The notes beneath the pieces are model-generated. The model was not told the origin of the DNA and made no database searches. It saw only the letters and a program-made list of their open reading frames with translations. A program made the position numbers and the translations under genes. A stretch of 63,837 nucleotides of DNA, the filler included, from Raillietiella orientalis (taxonomy: Eukaryota): assembly GCA_036172245.1 (NCBI GenBank). It is 4 parts of 4 records of this genome, joined end to end, with 100 filler letters (N's around TTAATTAATTAA, not from the genome) between each part and the next. Parts side by side here need not be neighbours in the genome. Positions count along the whole stretch, not along the records: positions 36,089 to 53,836 come from JAYWIR010000244.1; positions 53,937 to 63,837 come from JAYWIR010000275.1; 2 more parts are not named here. The stretch is one strand, 5' to 3'. How positions within the stretch are numbered: position 1 is the stretch's first letter; each line of letters opens with the position of its first letter. Positions 46,290 to 58,152 of the stretch are shown piece by piece.

Positions 46290-47778
46290 GCCAAGATAGT
46301 TTAATGAGAATAACGCTTTGTGGTATGGTTTTCACCCGGGTAAGCCGGGGCTTTTATTATTAAAAATTTTAGAATTATGTATTTTATAATAAAGTCCTGT
46401 CGTGTATTGTCTTCCGCCCTTCTGCTTTCCGACCGGTATGCCCGTAAGATCCTCTCCACTGCCGAAGGGGTCGGGAAAAAGTGAGAACAAAAAAAAAAAA
46501 AGAAAAACGCTTGGGGGACAATGTTTATGGGGAGGGAAGGGCAGAGAAGGGTTCACGGTACGCCGCACGGAGGCCTCAGCATCTAGTTCTGGATGCGAAC
46601 AAGTGCTGGCAGAATTTTACTAAGCCGGCGCCAACGGGAAGCCTTCTCCATGGAGATGACTGCCAAGTGGATGGCATTCCGACTGCTGCGGCCTCTTCTT
46701 GACGCGTTCCACTTGTCCAATATTCCTCGTATGCAGCAGAGAACTTCAACACACGCGGCACCTGACACGCAGTTCCGCATCAGGAGGAGACGAAAAATAG
46801 TTTTAGGGTCGCCCACAGGAACGTTTAGTGCCGAATAGGATCGATCGCACGTTCGGCGGAGCGCAACACATTCGATGAGTAAGTGGGAGAAGGTCTCCCT
46901 TTCCCCACACTCTGTACAATGGGCATCCAGTCTGCCCAATGTCCAGTGAGACAGGCGTGCTCTGCTCAAAAGTCCCCAATGGAGCACAAGCAGCGCCGTC
47001 TGCTGCCAATCAAAAGGGAGAGTGCCACTGTCCCAATACGCCGGAGGCCACTTCACCTCCTCCGGACGGATGCCGAGCAGCTCGCCCGAACGCACAATTC
47101 CATTTGGCGGGACACTCGGGGTTGTAGAGTCGGCTTGTTCCTGGGACGTCCACGCCATCATCAGTTTTTTCCTGCCTCCGATGAGGCAGGACACTTCCCA
47201 CGATGCCTCCTCTTGGCTGTCCCTGGCTTATCCGTGGGAGGGCAGCACGGGGGCAAGGGAGGTGAATGAAGCCCACAAAAGCTTTTTTGGGTTGGAAACG
47301 ATCTCCCGCAGGGGCTGGCCAGCGTTTCTGCCTCGACGGAAGCAGGAGAACTCCAGATCTCTGGAGTCGTTGATTTTTGCCCACGCGGAAACGGACTCCT
47401 GGAGCCAAGTAGTCCAGTTTGGAGTACTGCAGGAGATCCAAGGGTTGTTCTTCACCAGGGACACCAATTCTCGTAGCTGAAACCCACAATGATTAAGTCT
47501 ACCGTCGTTGGCTACTAGGATTGAGGTCAATCTGTTGCCCTGTGGGTGAGGAGTCGTGCGGGCGCACACCATGGTGCTGTCCAATATTTTGCCACAAGGG
47601 CAAGTTTCCTAATTTGGAGTTGCGCTCCATGCACTCCAACGTCAGCAGACCAAGTCCACCGTCGCTGCGTGGAGAGCACAAGCCTTTCAGTGGGACGCGG
47701 GGCCTCGCGGTACCCGAAAGGGTTCTCCCGTGGGGTTCCTTGTCCGGGCCCTTTGTGGTGTGGTAGGTCGTTATTGGC
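46290..47778 (+). tRNA. trnH: NUMT tRNA-His split by element D (halves 46290-46329 and 47765-47778)
   Basis: GCCAA...TTGGC acceptor stem reconstituted across the insertion; TTGTGG (GTG) anticodon; lies immediately before nad5. Confidence 0.7.
46330..47750 (-). mobile_element. 5'-truncated Tx1/L1-like element D with a 14-bp TSD
   Basis: ORF2 C-terminus (RPRVPLKGLCSPRSDGGLGL; HWGL...CTECGERETFSHLLIEC). The 3' end is AATAAAAGCCCCGGCTTACCCGGGTGAA. TSD: CTTTGTGGTATGGT (46316-46329) / CTTTGTGGTGTGGT (47751-47764). Confidence 0.92.
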
Positions 47779-47779
47779 G

Positions 47780-49320
47780 TTGAATTATATAGTGGTGTTA
47801 TTAAGGATAATGGTTGTAAATGTTGGTTTGTGACTTGTCTGTTGAAGTAGGATGGTATTAATTGAACGATCATTGGTAAGGCTGAGAGGAGAAGATTGAG
47901 GTTTGTTGTTTATTTTGGATGCTAAGTGTTTATTGTTTCTAAGGTATGTGATGGTTATTTCTTTTTTAGTTATGATATACAGTTTCGAATATATGGAGTG
48001 GAAGAAGAAGTGATTTTTTATATTCGTATTTCGGTTTGTAGTGAGAATGCCATTATTAATTATGAATAATAGTTTAGTGACTATTATTTTGGATTGCGAT
48101 GGATTGGGTATTATTTCTTATTGTCTGGTTATTTTTTCTATGAATTGTGGTTCTAATTATGGAGGTATGACTACTTTTTCGACTAATGGTATTGGAGATG
48201 GTATTTTATTGAGGGAGGGTAGTTGAGTTTTTGAGAGATTAGGTATTAACGGTTGATGTTTTTTGGTAGCGGTGTTAATTAGAATGACTCAGAGTGCACA
48301 GTTGCCGTTTAGTGCGCGGTTACCGTAGGCTATGGGAGCACCTACTCCGGTTTCAGCTTTAGTACATTCGTCAACGTTAGTAACTGCGGGAGTGTATTCA
48401 ATGATTCGGTTTAATGAAATTGGGATGGTCAGTAGTATGGTGGTTAATGGTGTATTCGGTGATGATGGGTAGGATAGAGGTTGATGTCAAGAAGATTATT
48501 GCATACTGGATGTTGAGGCAATTGGGTATGATGTTCGTGGGGCCAGGGTTGGGTATGGTAGGATGTTGGTATATTATCATTTATTGATTCGCGCTGTATT
48601 TAAATCGTGTCTGTTTTTATGTGCGGGATTCGTTATTCATACGTATGATGGGGGGAAGGATTTGCGAGTTATGGGGGGTAGAGGGACAGGGAATGTAGTT
48701 TTGGGTGTTATTTATAACGTTAGGATTGTGGGGTTTCCTTTCATGAGAGGTTATTGTAGAAAAGATTATTAAGTGGAATGAATAGGATATTCAATGTGGG
48801 GCGGTGCAGTAGAAATTTTGATTTTTCTTGGGTTAGTGTTGCCTGTGATTTATGGGTATCGGATGTTGGGTGGATTGATAGGGGGTGTAAATGGCGTAGA
48901 GAGGGGTGTTGGGATCGATATTCTGTTGTGGTAATGGGGTTAAATTTCGTGGTAGCGGTAGGGGGTAGAATGATTCTGGAAGGGATTGAGGGATTTACGT
49001 TTTCTTCAATGGAAAAATGTGCAACGATTGGAAGGGTATTTATTGGTTTCTTGTTTGTAGGTGTTGCGAGTTTTGTATTTGGCGGTCGGGCATATGTAAT
49101 GCTGATTATGGGTTTGCAAATTGATGGGAAGGCTAATATTAAGGAATTGGTTAATCCGTGTTAGTATAGTTGTGGAGATAATTGATAAGGGTTGAATGGA
49201 GTGAGGGTGTGTGTGGTAGGTGGCGGTGACTGTACGATGTTGTGGGTAGGAAGAGTATTCTGTCAAATGTTATGGAAAGTGAATATTTTATTGCTTATTT
49301 TGTTATGTGTTATTCAGGAA
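47780..49320 (+). pseudogene. nad5: NUMT: nad5
   Basis: [48 protein letters not shown] and HLLIRAVFKSCLFLCAG. Confidence 0.92.
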
Positions 49321-49704
49321 GAATGATTTTTGTAGATGACTTTGTGTGAAGTGAAGTTTGCGAATTTTCGTATTTTTGTGGGAAAATTTTCAATTTACAT
49401 TTGTGGGTCGAGGAGGTGGATGTTCTAATGATTCTTAATGGAAAAGTTCATATACCATGGGTGGGGTAATTGATGAGGGGTGGATGTGGCTATTAGTAAG
49501 GGGAGTATTAGTTATCGTTGAGGTGATATTTATGATTGTTACGTGTTATTTAAGATGAGTGATTTTATAGATGACTTTGTGTACATTTAGGTTTGGGCAT
49601 CTCAGAATCCCAATGGAATGAAATTTTAGAATTGATCTCTGGGAATGTTGTGGTTTAGTAGAGAAAGACGAATTTAAGGTTAGGGCGAAACGAACTGTGT
49701 CATC

Positions 49705-50050
49705 ACTTTTGTCTACGAATATTCATGAGATGGAGCCGTTATGAAGTTCCTATTTTAATCCTGAGATTAAAAAAAGAATGAATGATATTAATGCAATAGC
49801 TGTGGAAAGTGTAAGGGACAGTGGGAAGAGGGGTAGGGGGAGGATAATGGCTAATTCCATATCGAAAAGATGATTGCAACTATGTAGAATTGGATGGAGA
49901 ATGGGAAACGTGAATTGTTTTCTGGATCAGATCCGCATTCGAAGGGAGTTGAAGTATTGTAATTCAATTGGGGTGTTGTTTTAATGATTCTTGCGAGAGA
50001 AAGAGAATGAGAGCGATAATAATAATAAGAGATGGTAGAAATAATATTCC
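49705..50050 (-). pseudogene. nad3: NUMT: nad3
   Basis: TPFECGSDP, RFPFSIQFYIVAIIF and ELHNGSISW. Confidence 0.85.
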
Positions 50051-50057
50051 TTAATAA

Positions 50058-50427
50058 AAGAGACACAATGGTATGCCACTGTTAAGGGATTCCAAGTCTC
50101 TGATGTTGTCTCATTGTATGAGGTGTGGTTATAGGATATTGGTTGCAATTATCAATAAAATTGGGAATTTCTGTTTGCAAAACACACGTTATCATTTGAA
50201 CTATGATTTGAATTGCCTTTTTAGCTTATGCAGAGCGAAGCGTTGAAAATGCTGAGGAAATAATGGACGATTGATGGAGAGTTTGAGTTGGTGGAATTTT
50301 TCTCATTAACAGTGATATGCTTCAGCTCAACTGAAATTCTTATCTTGAAGGGATAATGTATACAAAGAGAATTACTCTTTATTTCTTAATAATTGGAAGT
50401 TATTTGTACTGTACATACTGAAAGAGT
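50058..50427. tRNA. NUMT cluster of degraded mt tRNAs between nad3 and cox3 (S2-like, two A/C-like, F, N, W, G)
   Basis: trnG 50373-50427 (-) has an ACTCTTT/AAAGAGT stem and a TTCCAA loop. Other loops: CTTCAAG (W, -), CTGTTAA (N, -), TTGAAAA (F, +), two TTGCAA loops, and a D-armless GAGACA...TGTCTC unit (S2-like, -). Only trnG is secure. Confidence 0.5.
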
Positions 50428-50429
50428 AT

Positions 50430-51045
50430 GTTCACATGTATGAGAATAAAAAAAGGAACAATCATACAACATTTACGAAATGTCAATATCAGAGGGGGAG
50501 TTGGAATGATAGATGGTGAAGGTGAGTGATGGAGAGTGTAAAAATTTCGGTTCCGGATAAAGTGAGGCAGATAAGACCGGCAAACACGTGTAAACCGTAC
50601 AATCCTGTTGCAATGAAGAATGCTGAACCGAGTATTGAATCTGTAATAGAGAATTCGAGTATGAGGTATTCTATGTCTCGAGTTGTAAGGAATCTGAATC
50701 CAATTGTGGTGGTAATCAGTAGGGATAAAAATGAGGTGGAATACTTTTTTTTTGAAGAGACAGTGATGCGTTCGTGTTACTGAGATACCTGACCTTACTA
50801 GGAGAATGGTATTAAATAGAGGCCGTCCTATGGAGGAGGATAGGTCAAGATTGGGGGAGGTTAAGAAAATCTAAATTGTGGATTGTCTCTTAGTCTCGAG
50901 TGAAAGAATAATCAAAAGAAGGAAAGGAATGAAAAAATTTCTGAGATAATAAATATGATTATTGCAAATTGAAATGCTTTTATTACTTTGATTGGGAGGA
51001 TACCGATAAATGTGGCCTCTCTCTTTCTCTCCAAGTTGAAAATAT
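50430..51045 (-). pseudogene. cox3: NUMT: cox3 (5' truncated)
   Basis: REATFIG, FIISEIFSFLSFF, FFIATGLYGLHV and WYWHFVNVVWLF. Confidence 0.9.
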
Positions 51046-51559
51046 CGTTTGTGTCAACCGAGAACGTTGTGGAAGGTTGGAAAAGGGGTGAGGGCTCAGC
51101 TCGGTTCTTGGAATGCCCGGAAAGAAGCCTTCGCAAGAACTCGAAAACAGACACTCACACCGATTCTTGGATCACGCGACAGAACTTCCGATAGTCGTGT
51201 ATGCCTCAATTCCACATATTCGTAGACAACATTCCTGGAACTCCAGGAATCGGAGAAGAAAGAAGACAAAGAATTTCCGGTGTTTACGAGATGCAGGGTT
51301 CGTCCCTTCATCTGCCGTGTCAATCGACAGAGTTTAGTTATCTGTAATCCGTGTATCCGAGCAGAATGGGATGCGTGCAAGAACTCTGGGAAGAGAACGC
51401 GAATATCGAGAGAACTGCTCTCCAGTTCTAAACGTGAGCTCAGGACATCTCTTGAAGATGACTTTCCGTCACACAGAGGTATGCCTTTATGCTCCCAAGT
51501 CAGTGCTGTTCCATTCCTGCCCTCAGTGATCGCACCGTCGGAGTCCATGCACAAGGAGA

Positions 51560-51754
51560 GGGCAGGTTAGGGGAACACGTGGTGAATGAAGGCAGAGTAA
51601 CGTAGCGTCGTATTATATTACCGTGCTACTGTTGGTAGCACCTCCTGGTTGGAGCAATGGCACCCTCCCCTTGGATTGGCAGGAGACGGCGCTGCTTGTG
51701 ATCCATTGGGGGCTTCTCTGCAGAGTACGCCTCTGTCAGTGCACCCGTGGGAGT
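51560..51754 (+). mobile_element. Short Tx1-like ORF2 C-terminal fragment F
   Basis: GTLPLDWQETALLVIHWGLLCRVRL, near-identical in motif to element D (GTLPFDWQQTALLVLHWGLLSRARL). Confidence 0.75.
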
Positions 51755-52400
51755 TTCTCACCCGGTCACTCAGGAGCGTTTATTAATAAACACAGTACAT
51801 CTGCGGTACTAGGCCCCGCTACGGCCAATGGTTCATGGGACCTGCCAGGAAGCCGGTTCTCAGACCGGCTTGACTCTCCTTGAAAGCGGAGTGGAATAGG
51901 GGGTAAAACAGAAAGGAAAATAAATGAAACCAACAAAAAAAAAGAAACTATTTGGGGGACCGCGAAGGGATCAAAGTCCGCTGGAGGAAGAGACCATGCT
52001 TTCTAGGATGCCCTCGAGGACCCTCGTCACAGCTCCAGGATGGGACCAGCCGATCGCGATCCTCAGGTAGCGAACCGCGTGTACGATGGGGTCCCTATCG
52101 CTGCTTCCTCTGTTGGCTGCGCTCCACGCAGCCACAATCCCTCGGAGGCAGCAGAGCGCTGCCAGGGTTGAGGCTGGTTGCAGGGCGTCTCGCACGAAGA
52201 GGAGTCCAGCGGTTGCCTCTCTGTTATCTGCAAGCCTCCATGATGGCACCGACAGGAAACGGAAGCGATTTTCCCTCGTCGGGCGCGCGCACGTCCGACG
52301 AGCAGACGATTCCAGCAAGCGGACTGGCATCCGGCTGCCTGTTCCGTACGTGTGGAATGTGCTTCCCCCATCTGCCTTTTCTCTTCGCATGCGCGGCTCA
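51755..52400 (-). mobile_element. 5'-truncated Tx1-like element E (3' end)
   Basis: LAALCCLRGIVAAWS is shared with B. The 3' end is AATAAACGCTCCTGAGTGACCGGGTGAGA. Confidence 0.8.
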
Positions 52401-53836
52401 CTCCGGAGGTCAACGGAATGCTGGAACGATGACTTCCGAGAATTGGGAAGTGAACGACAGTTGTCGTCTTGTCATCACACTCGAGGAAGAGGCGTGCGCC
52501 ACGTGGAATTCGTAGGTCGAAGAGACATTAGGAATTTGTACCGCGAGAATTCCTGAAAACGTCCTCAATGCCGGCTTCTGCGCTTTCTGCGTGGGAAGAT
52601 GGAATTACCAGAGAAACGCTGTGCGACCTTTTTTGACATCTGAGAGACGAAAAAGTGGCATTCCGTCTGCAGCAGAAAAACTTCATTTTTCTGATGTCGA
52701 TTCGTTGAAATTCATCAGTTTCATGGGATTTGGTTGCGGTCGTCGTCGCTTCGTCGCAGTTGATGCACGATGATTACCAGGAAACGGAAGATGCGGATCG
52801 GCCCGTCATCAAATTTGGCACAACGAGCAATCGGCAGCTGGCTGGGCAGAGAAGACTGGAGAACTGCGGACCACAAAGGCCATCAAGCTACTCTACGAGG
52901 AAGGCGATTCTCGATGTGATCGCCTGGAAAAGGGACGCAATTCCCATTCTGCCCAACAAGCTCCCTTTCCATTGACTCCTGCTTTGTCATCGCGCGCTGG
53001 AAAGGATGGAAAACCAGGACTCCAGTGTAGAAGACACCGCATTCCGTGGAGACAGCCTGAAATCAGCACCGTGCCTCGTTGACTAAGACTTTGATCAGAA
53101 AGCGGCCGTCTTCAAGAAGGTAGGGTAGCTGCTGAGAGTGGTTCAAGTTCTCCGGGTTCTACCTGGAACAGACTGCGTCCGTACTGGTAGAGAAAGACAC
53201 GATCTTCCACCACCTTTTGAAGCGTGACACGTTGTGGCAAGAATCCGCTGCTGCGAACATCTCGTGAGCGCCAGCTCGTGAGCATAGAGTCTGGTCCATC
53301 GACTCGGGAGAATTGTTTTCCTGAAGGTGGTGGAACAGCCGCGGATGACGTCCCCTGAATGCACCACGCGTTCCGTTCTTCGCCATGGGAAGAAGAATAG
53401 AAGCTGCCCATCGGGAAGTCGCAAGTTCAGAATCCATGGGGAACGAGAAACGCGCATGCAGAAGCATACCAACATTCCAACCGTAAATTGGGACTTGATC
53501 ATACCGAGATTACAACAAGCTGTTCTCCAAATAGTAAAACACCGGGAAACGGAGTGGATGCGCTCTTCTGCAATCTCTCTCGTCCTCCATCAACACATCT
53601 CTGGAGAGGAGCATATCGTTGGAGATCGCTTTCCAAGAGCTGAGAACTTGTTGTCCGTGACTGACCATAGTAGGGAAGAAACAGATATCTGATACCTTCC
53701 CTATCATCAGCAAACAGTGGTCGTGTTCGGCGCACTCAAAATTAGTTGGCTTTCATAGTTCCACATAACCGACATCTTGATTTGCCGCCAAGTCGGAAGC
53801 TGCCCGCTCTGGCAGCCGCCTTCCAATGGTGTCCGC

Positions 53837-53936
53837 NNNNNNNNNNNNNNNNNNNNNNNNNNNNNNNNNNNNNNNNNNNNTTAATTAATTAANNNNNNNN
53901 NNNNNNNNNNNNNNNNNNNNNNNNNNNNNNNNNNNN
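53837..53936. other. Artificial contig spacer
   Basis: 100-nt N run with TTAATTAATTAA linker. Confidence 0.98.
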
Positions 53937-56203
53937 AGTATCTTTGGTAGAAGTACTCCGTTCCACAGGTTGGCTCTTCGCTTCATGTTAAAGTCCGCTC
54001 GGGTGTACTTTGCTGCTTCTTTGGCCGTTTTCCCCAGGATTTCCGTCCACAGCAGTTTCGACGCAGAGTCGTCGCCGATGTAGACTCCCAGGTACTTGGC
54101 CGTCTCCACCGTGCGGAATCCATTCCCCGTGAGAGTGGAGAGGTTCAGGATTCCGACGGGCAAAAGCTGGCTCTTTTGGGCGTTGATTTTCAAGCCCAGT
54201 CCCTGTTCCATGAGGTCGACCACATCCAGGAACGCTCGTTGACTCCTCTCTCCCTTGATGAAGAAGAGGAGATCATCTGCGTATGCCAGATGGGTCAGGT
54301 GCTGACCATCAATGGAAATCCCTGATAGACGACCGCTTCTCTCGATGTAAGAAGACAGCGCCTCCATGTATATGACGAACAGCATTGGACTTAGCGAGTC
54401 GCCCTGCCGGACTCCTCGTTCCATCCTAATTGCTGCCGTCTCTTGGCCGTTGATTTTGATACGGCAGTACTGGTTTTGGAGTACCGCCCTCACGAAGTTG
54501 CTGAAGTGTTCCGGAAGCCCAAGCTTCTCCAGAACCTTCAGCAGCATCCCGTGGTCGATGGAGTCGAAGGCCTTCTCCATGTCGGTGAACACCAGCACCA
54601 GGTTCTCGCCGACGTATCGGCTGAGACCGACGGTGGCCTGGGCACACTTAACATTGTCAGACATGTGTCGTCCTGGGACTGCACACGTCTGGACCGGAGA
54701 GATCAGCCTCGACATGACCCTGCCTAAGCGGTTGGACCAGATCTTCGCCAACCACTTGGCATCTGAGTTTAGGATCGAGATCGGCCTCCATTGAGCGATC
54801 TGCGTGAGATCGCCTCCTTTTGGCAGCAATCTCATCCTACTCTCGTAGAAGGATTCCGGAAGTCGTCCTTCTTCTCGGATGCAGAGTGTCAACTGGTGGA
54901 ACAAACGCAGGTAGGCGTGCAGGTACCGCTGATAGTGCGAGATGGGTACACTATCAGGGCCTGCTGCCACATCCTTGCGAAGCTGCCCAAACGCAGTCTT
55001 CACTTCCTCTTCGGAGAACTCCTCCTCCAGTCTATTTCTTTGGAGGTCGTCCGTCCTCTTCTCGAGGTAACCCAGGAAGGCTTGCTGACTCGAGCGGCAG
55101 AGATCTTGTCGTCGGAAGTGTCTCGCGTAATGCCTGTGAAAGGCTTCCGCGATATCCTCCGACGTGTGCCGCTCTTGGCCGTCGTACTGGATGCAGAAGA
55201 TATCTGTGGCCAGATTCCTCTTTTCCAGCACGCCGACCTCCCCTTTCGTGTTCTGGAAGACGTACCGACTCTCGTACTGATCGAAGTACTTCGAGAGGGA
55301 GCGATCTTGGATGTTCAGCTCCCGGTACGCTTCCTGCCTCATGCGCTTACAGAAGTACTGCATATTGCAGAACAGATGGATTCTGTGCTTCAACCGGTCC
55401 CAGTCGGCGACCCTGCGGATGGTAGTATCTTGCAGGATCGCCTCGATGACTTCCTGGTGACCGGGAAGCGTTTCGAACCAGGCGGGCATGCAGATGAGCG
55501 CCGCCCTGGTGGCCTTTTCTTTACGAGGATTCTCAGTGCGGAGTGTAAACCGTACCAATGGGTGATCGGACAACAGGTGTGGGATGTCACGAAAACCCTG
55601 GATGCGGTTGTCTATCTCCGCACTGTGGAGGACGTGATCGATCGGCTTGTGGCTAGCTGTTCGCCACACAAGTCCGAACTCGTCGGACAGCCGCCGATAC
55701 GCCGCTCTTCCTCTTGCATCCTGAGAATATTTAATTTCATCCAGGATGTTGAAATCCCCAGCGACGATAACTATGTCCTTCGGTGCCACTCGTTTGCGGA
55801 GTTCTTCTTGCAGCTTCTCCGCGCACCGATGCTTGATCTTGTGCGGTCCGTAGACGTTCACCAGGAAGAGGTGAACGTTACTGGACCAGGACAGTCGCAC
55901 GCCGATTACTCTGCCAGGTACCGGACAGAAGGTTTCCAAAATGGTGTGGGCGAGCTCGTTCTTGATGAGGATCGCCACCCCCATGGTCTTCTTCTGTCCC
56001 TCGCTGGCGAACAGTTGTCCGTCGAATCGGCGTTCCATCTCCAGGGCGTTCTGTTGCCCGAGACGGTGGATTTCTTGGAGGCACACCACATTAAATTTTG
56101 CGATGGTCCGCATGATGATCTTTCTCTTTCCCTGGTCCGTCAGTCCATTCACATTCCAGGAGGCGATGTTAATCCTCCTGGCACTGGACAGCGACGAGGC
56201 CAT
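53937..56203 (-). CDS. C1 ORF2 (APE endonuclease + reverse transcriptase), uninterrupted up to the gap
   Basis: IASWNVNGL, LQEIH, NVYGP, AGDFN, IDH, SDH; AAGPD, QWRPISILNSDAK, DMEKAFD, GVRQGDSLSP, AYADD, KYLG. No stops. Confidence 0.93.
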
Positions 56204-56218
56204 GAAAGGGGGGGAGTC

Positions 56219-58150
56219 CTACTTCACCTTTCTTGCCTTCCTTAGCTTCTTCTGCTGGGGAGACTTATTCAGTTTCCCTGCTGAAGAAGTGGGTTTTTCA
56301 CTGCCGGCATCACTCTCGGTGCCGGTGTGATCAGTGGACTCCTGTTCGTCCACAGAGCGTTCCGCCTTGGCGACCACCTTGCGCGGAAGGGTCTCCAGCG
56401 AGACCGTCGCACAGAATGCCGCCTTGAGGTCGCCTAACTGATCCTCCAACTTTTCCCGCTCTCTTTCTACAACCATGCGGTTGACGTCGTCTTGGACCTC
56501 ACAGATGCGGTCCAGGATTTTTGTCTGTTCTGCCTCCGGTTGGCCCTGGCGAACCTCTTCCGCCAGTTTTATCACTTCCTCGGAGAGTTGCAGGGCCTCC
56601 TGCGTCTGCGTGACTGGTTCTGGCGTCTTCTCCTCCTTCTCCGTTTCCTCCGCCACCTCCATGCTCTTGCCTACCACTGCTTCAACTACCGGGGTTTGAG
56701 GAATCTGATGCTCCCTTGCGAGCATCTTCCTTTTCCCCTTCTTCCCCACCTTCACGAAACCGTCCGCCGAAACCGGAGCGGCCTCTCTTGCTTTCCTCTG
56801 TTTTGCTAGCTGAGGTTTGATTACCTCAGCTAGCACCCTTTCCCTCACTTGGGACTCTCCTCTAATCGTCCGGTAGTTTGCATACTCCGGACAACTCCAT
56901 TTCGCATGCCCTGGTTGCTTGCAGAAGGAGCAAAGCTCGAGCATGCTACAGTTCCGGACCTGGTGGCCCTGTTTCCCGCACCTGAAGCAGCGAGATCTAG
57001 GGCAGGCACCCATCCGGTGGCCAAAGTCCTTGCAACCGAGACAGAAGATCGTTTGCTGGCGGTACCTGACGTTCACCTCTTGCGAGGCTTCGTCAATGTG
57101 CAGCAAACCCGGGATTTGGGCACCTTCCTTAAGTTTAATATTGGCGAATACTTCGCCCGAGAAGATGTCTCCGAAGATGTTCTGGAAGTTTACATCCAAA
57201 ACCTCCCCGTATTTCTCCAGGAAATCCCACACCGTTTTTTATTCGGTGAAGATTCCCACTCCGCTGAGATGGACGGTGGTGTAACGCATTTCGCCTACGC
57301 CTTGTACCATTTTGCCTTGAATATTGATACCCTTTTCGATTAGGGCCTCCCGCAATTCTTCGCAGTCCGTGTACAGTGTAACACCTGACGTGCTAGGAAT
57401 GATCGCTTGGAGACGATCAAAGTCGACGTTGGTTTCAAAGTGAGCACAGTACACCTCTCTTACATTATTAAACCGGATCAATCCGGTCTTGAACATAATT
57501 GGTTTCGACGCTAGACTTAAGCCAACCATTGGTTCTTTGCATCGCGTGATGCGTCCAGTCGTCGGCTTCTTAAATGTTCGGTTTGGCTGGGCAGAGGCCT
57601 GCCCCGCCGTAACCGCCGCATACGAAAACGGCTTTGTAGCCGAACCCGAACAAGATGGCGTCGCCATGTACGCCGCGTGGACGCCCGGGGCTCCCGCCTG
57701 GGATGCCGCCGCCGCCGCTGCGGGCGCAACCCTCGTCGTCGCCGTCGCCGATGTCGCCGTAGGCGGGACCTTCGGCATCGCCGCCGCCGGCACGACCTTC
57801 CCCGCCGCGGGCGCGATCCTCGGCGTCGCCGCCGCGGGCACGACCTCCATCGCCGTCGCCGCGGGCACGACCCTCGGCATCGCCGCCGCCGGCGCAGCAA
57901 AGCCTGCCGCGGGCGAGACCCTCGGCGTCGCCGCTGCCTCCTCGCCACTGCCGCATATTACCTCCATGTGTTCTTCCATGGGGGTCGACGGCTGCTCCAC
58001 TTCCTGTAGGTGCCTCCTTGCGGCTGCCGTTGCTGCCGCACTTCCTGTTTGGAGGACTTCCACCTCGGGTCCTTCGGCGCTGCTGCTGCTGCTGCTGTCG
58101 GGTATTTCCCTCGGTGGCACAGTCACTTCCACACTATTCTTCACCAGGCA
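56219..58150 (-). pseudogene. C1 ORF1 with three CCHC knuckles and a single nonsense codon
   Basis: CLGCKDFGHRMGAC, CFRCGKQGHQVRNC and CSFCKQPGHAKWSC. TAA at 57239-57241 sits where C2 has Gln. Ala-rich repeats at ~57700-57935. Confidence 0.88.
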
Positions 58151-58152
58151 CT

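Larger units (their letters stand above)
51050..53800 (+). mobile_element. Degraded Ty3/gypsy-like pol (RT - RNase H - integrase order), interrupted by Tx1-like fragments F and E
   Basis: IFVDNI (YxDD-like), FRCLRDAGF, KRELRTSL (ELRxFLG-like); later GHQ...W...SC (H2C2), IPW, SIDSGELFS, RIEAAHRE and NWDLIIPRL (integrase core). Confidence 0.5.
53937..58152 (-). mobile_element. Tx1/L1-like element C1 (5' part; 3' end lost at the contig edge)
   Basis: ORF1 + ORF2 colinear with C2. The 5' end directly follows the U4 3' hairpin. Confidence 0.93.

Noticed and set aside
41400..51045. Genuine mitochondrial genome contig
   Set aside because: Pervasive stops and frameshifts even under the invertebrate mitochondrial code, nuclear retrotransposon insertions with a TSD, and non-mitochondrial flanks.
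51560..52400. F and E as one element with a twin-priming 5' inversion
   Set aside because: F lies beyond E's 3' end rather than at its 5' side, so the geometry fits E inserted antisense into or next to F.
54791..56245. 484-aa plus-strand ORF and other long antisense ORFs over the retroelements (e.g. 6917-7771, 5654-6373)
   Set aside because: Shadow frames opposite GC-rich ORF1/ORF2 with no recognisable motifs.
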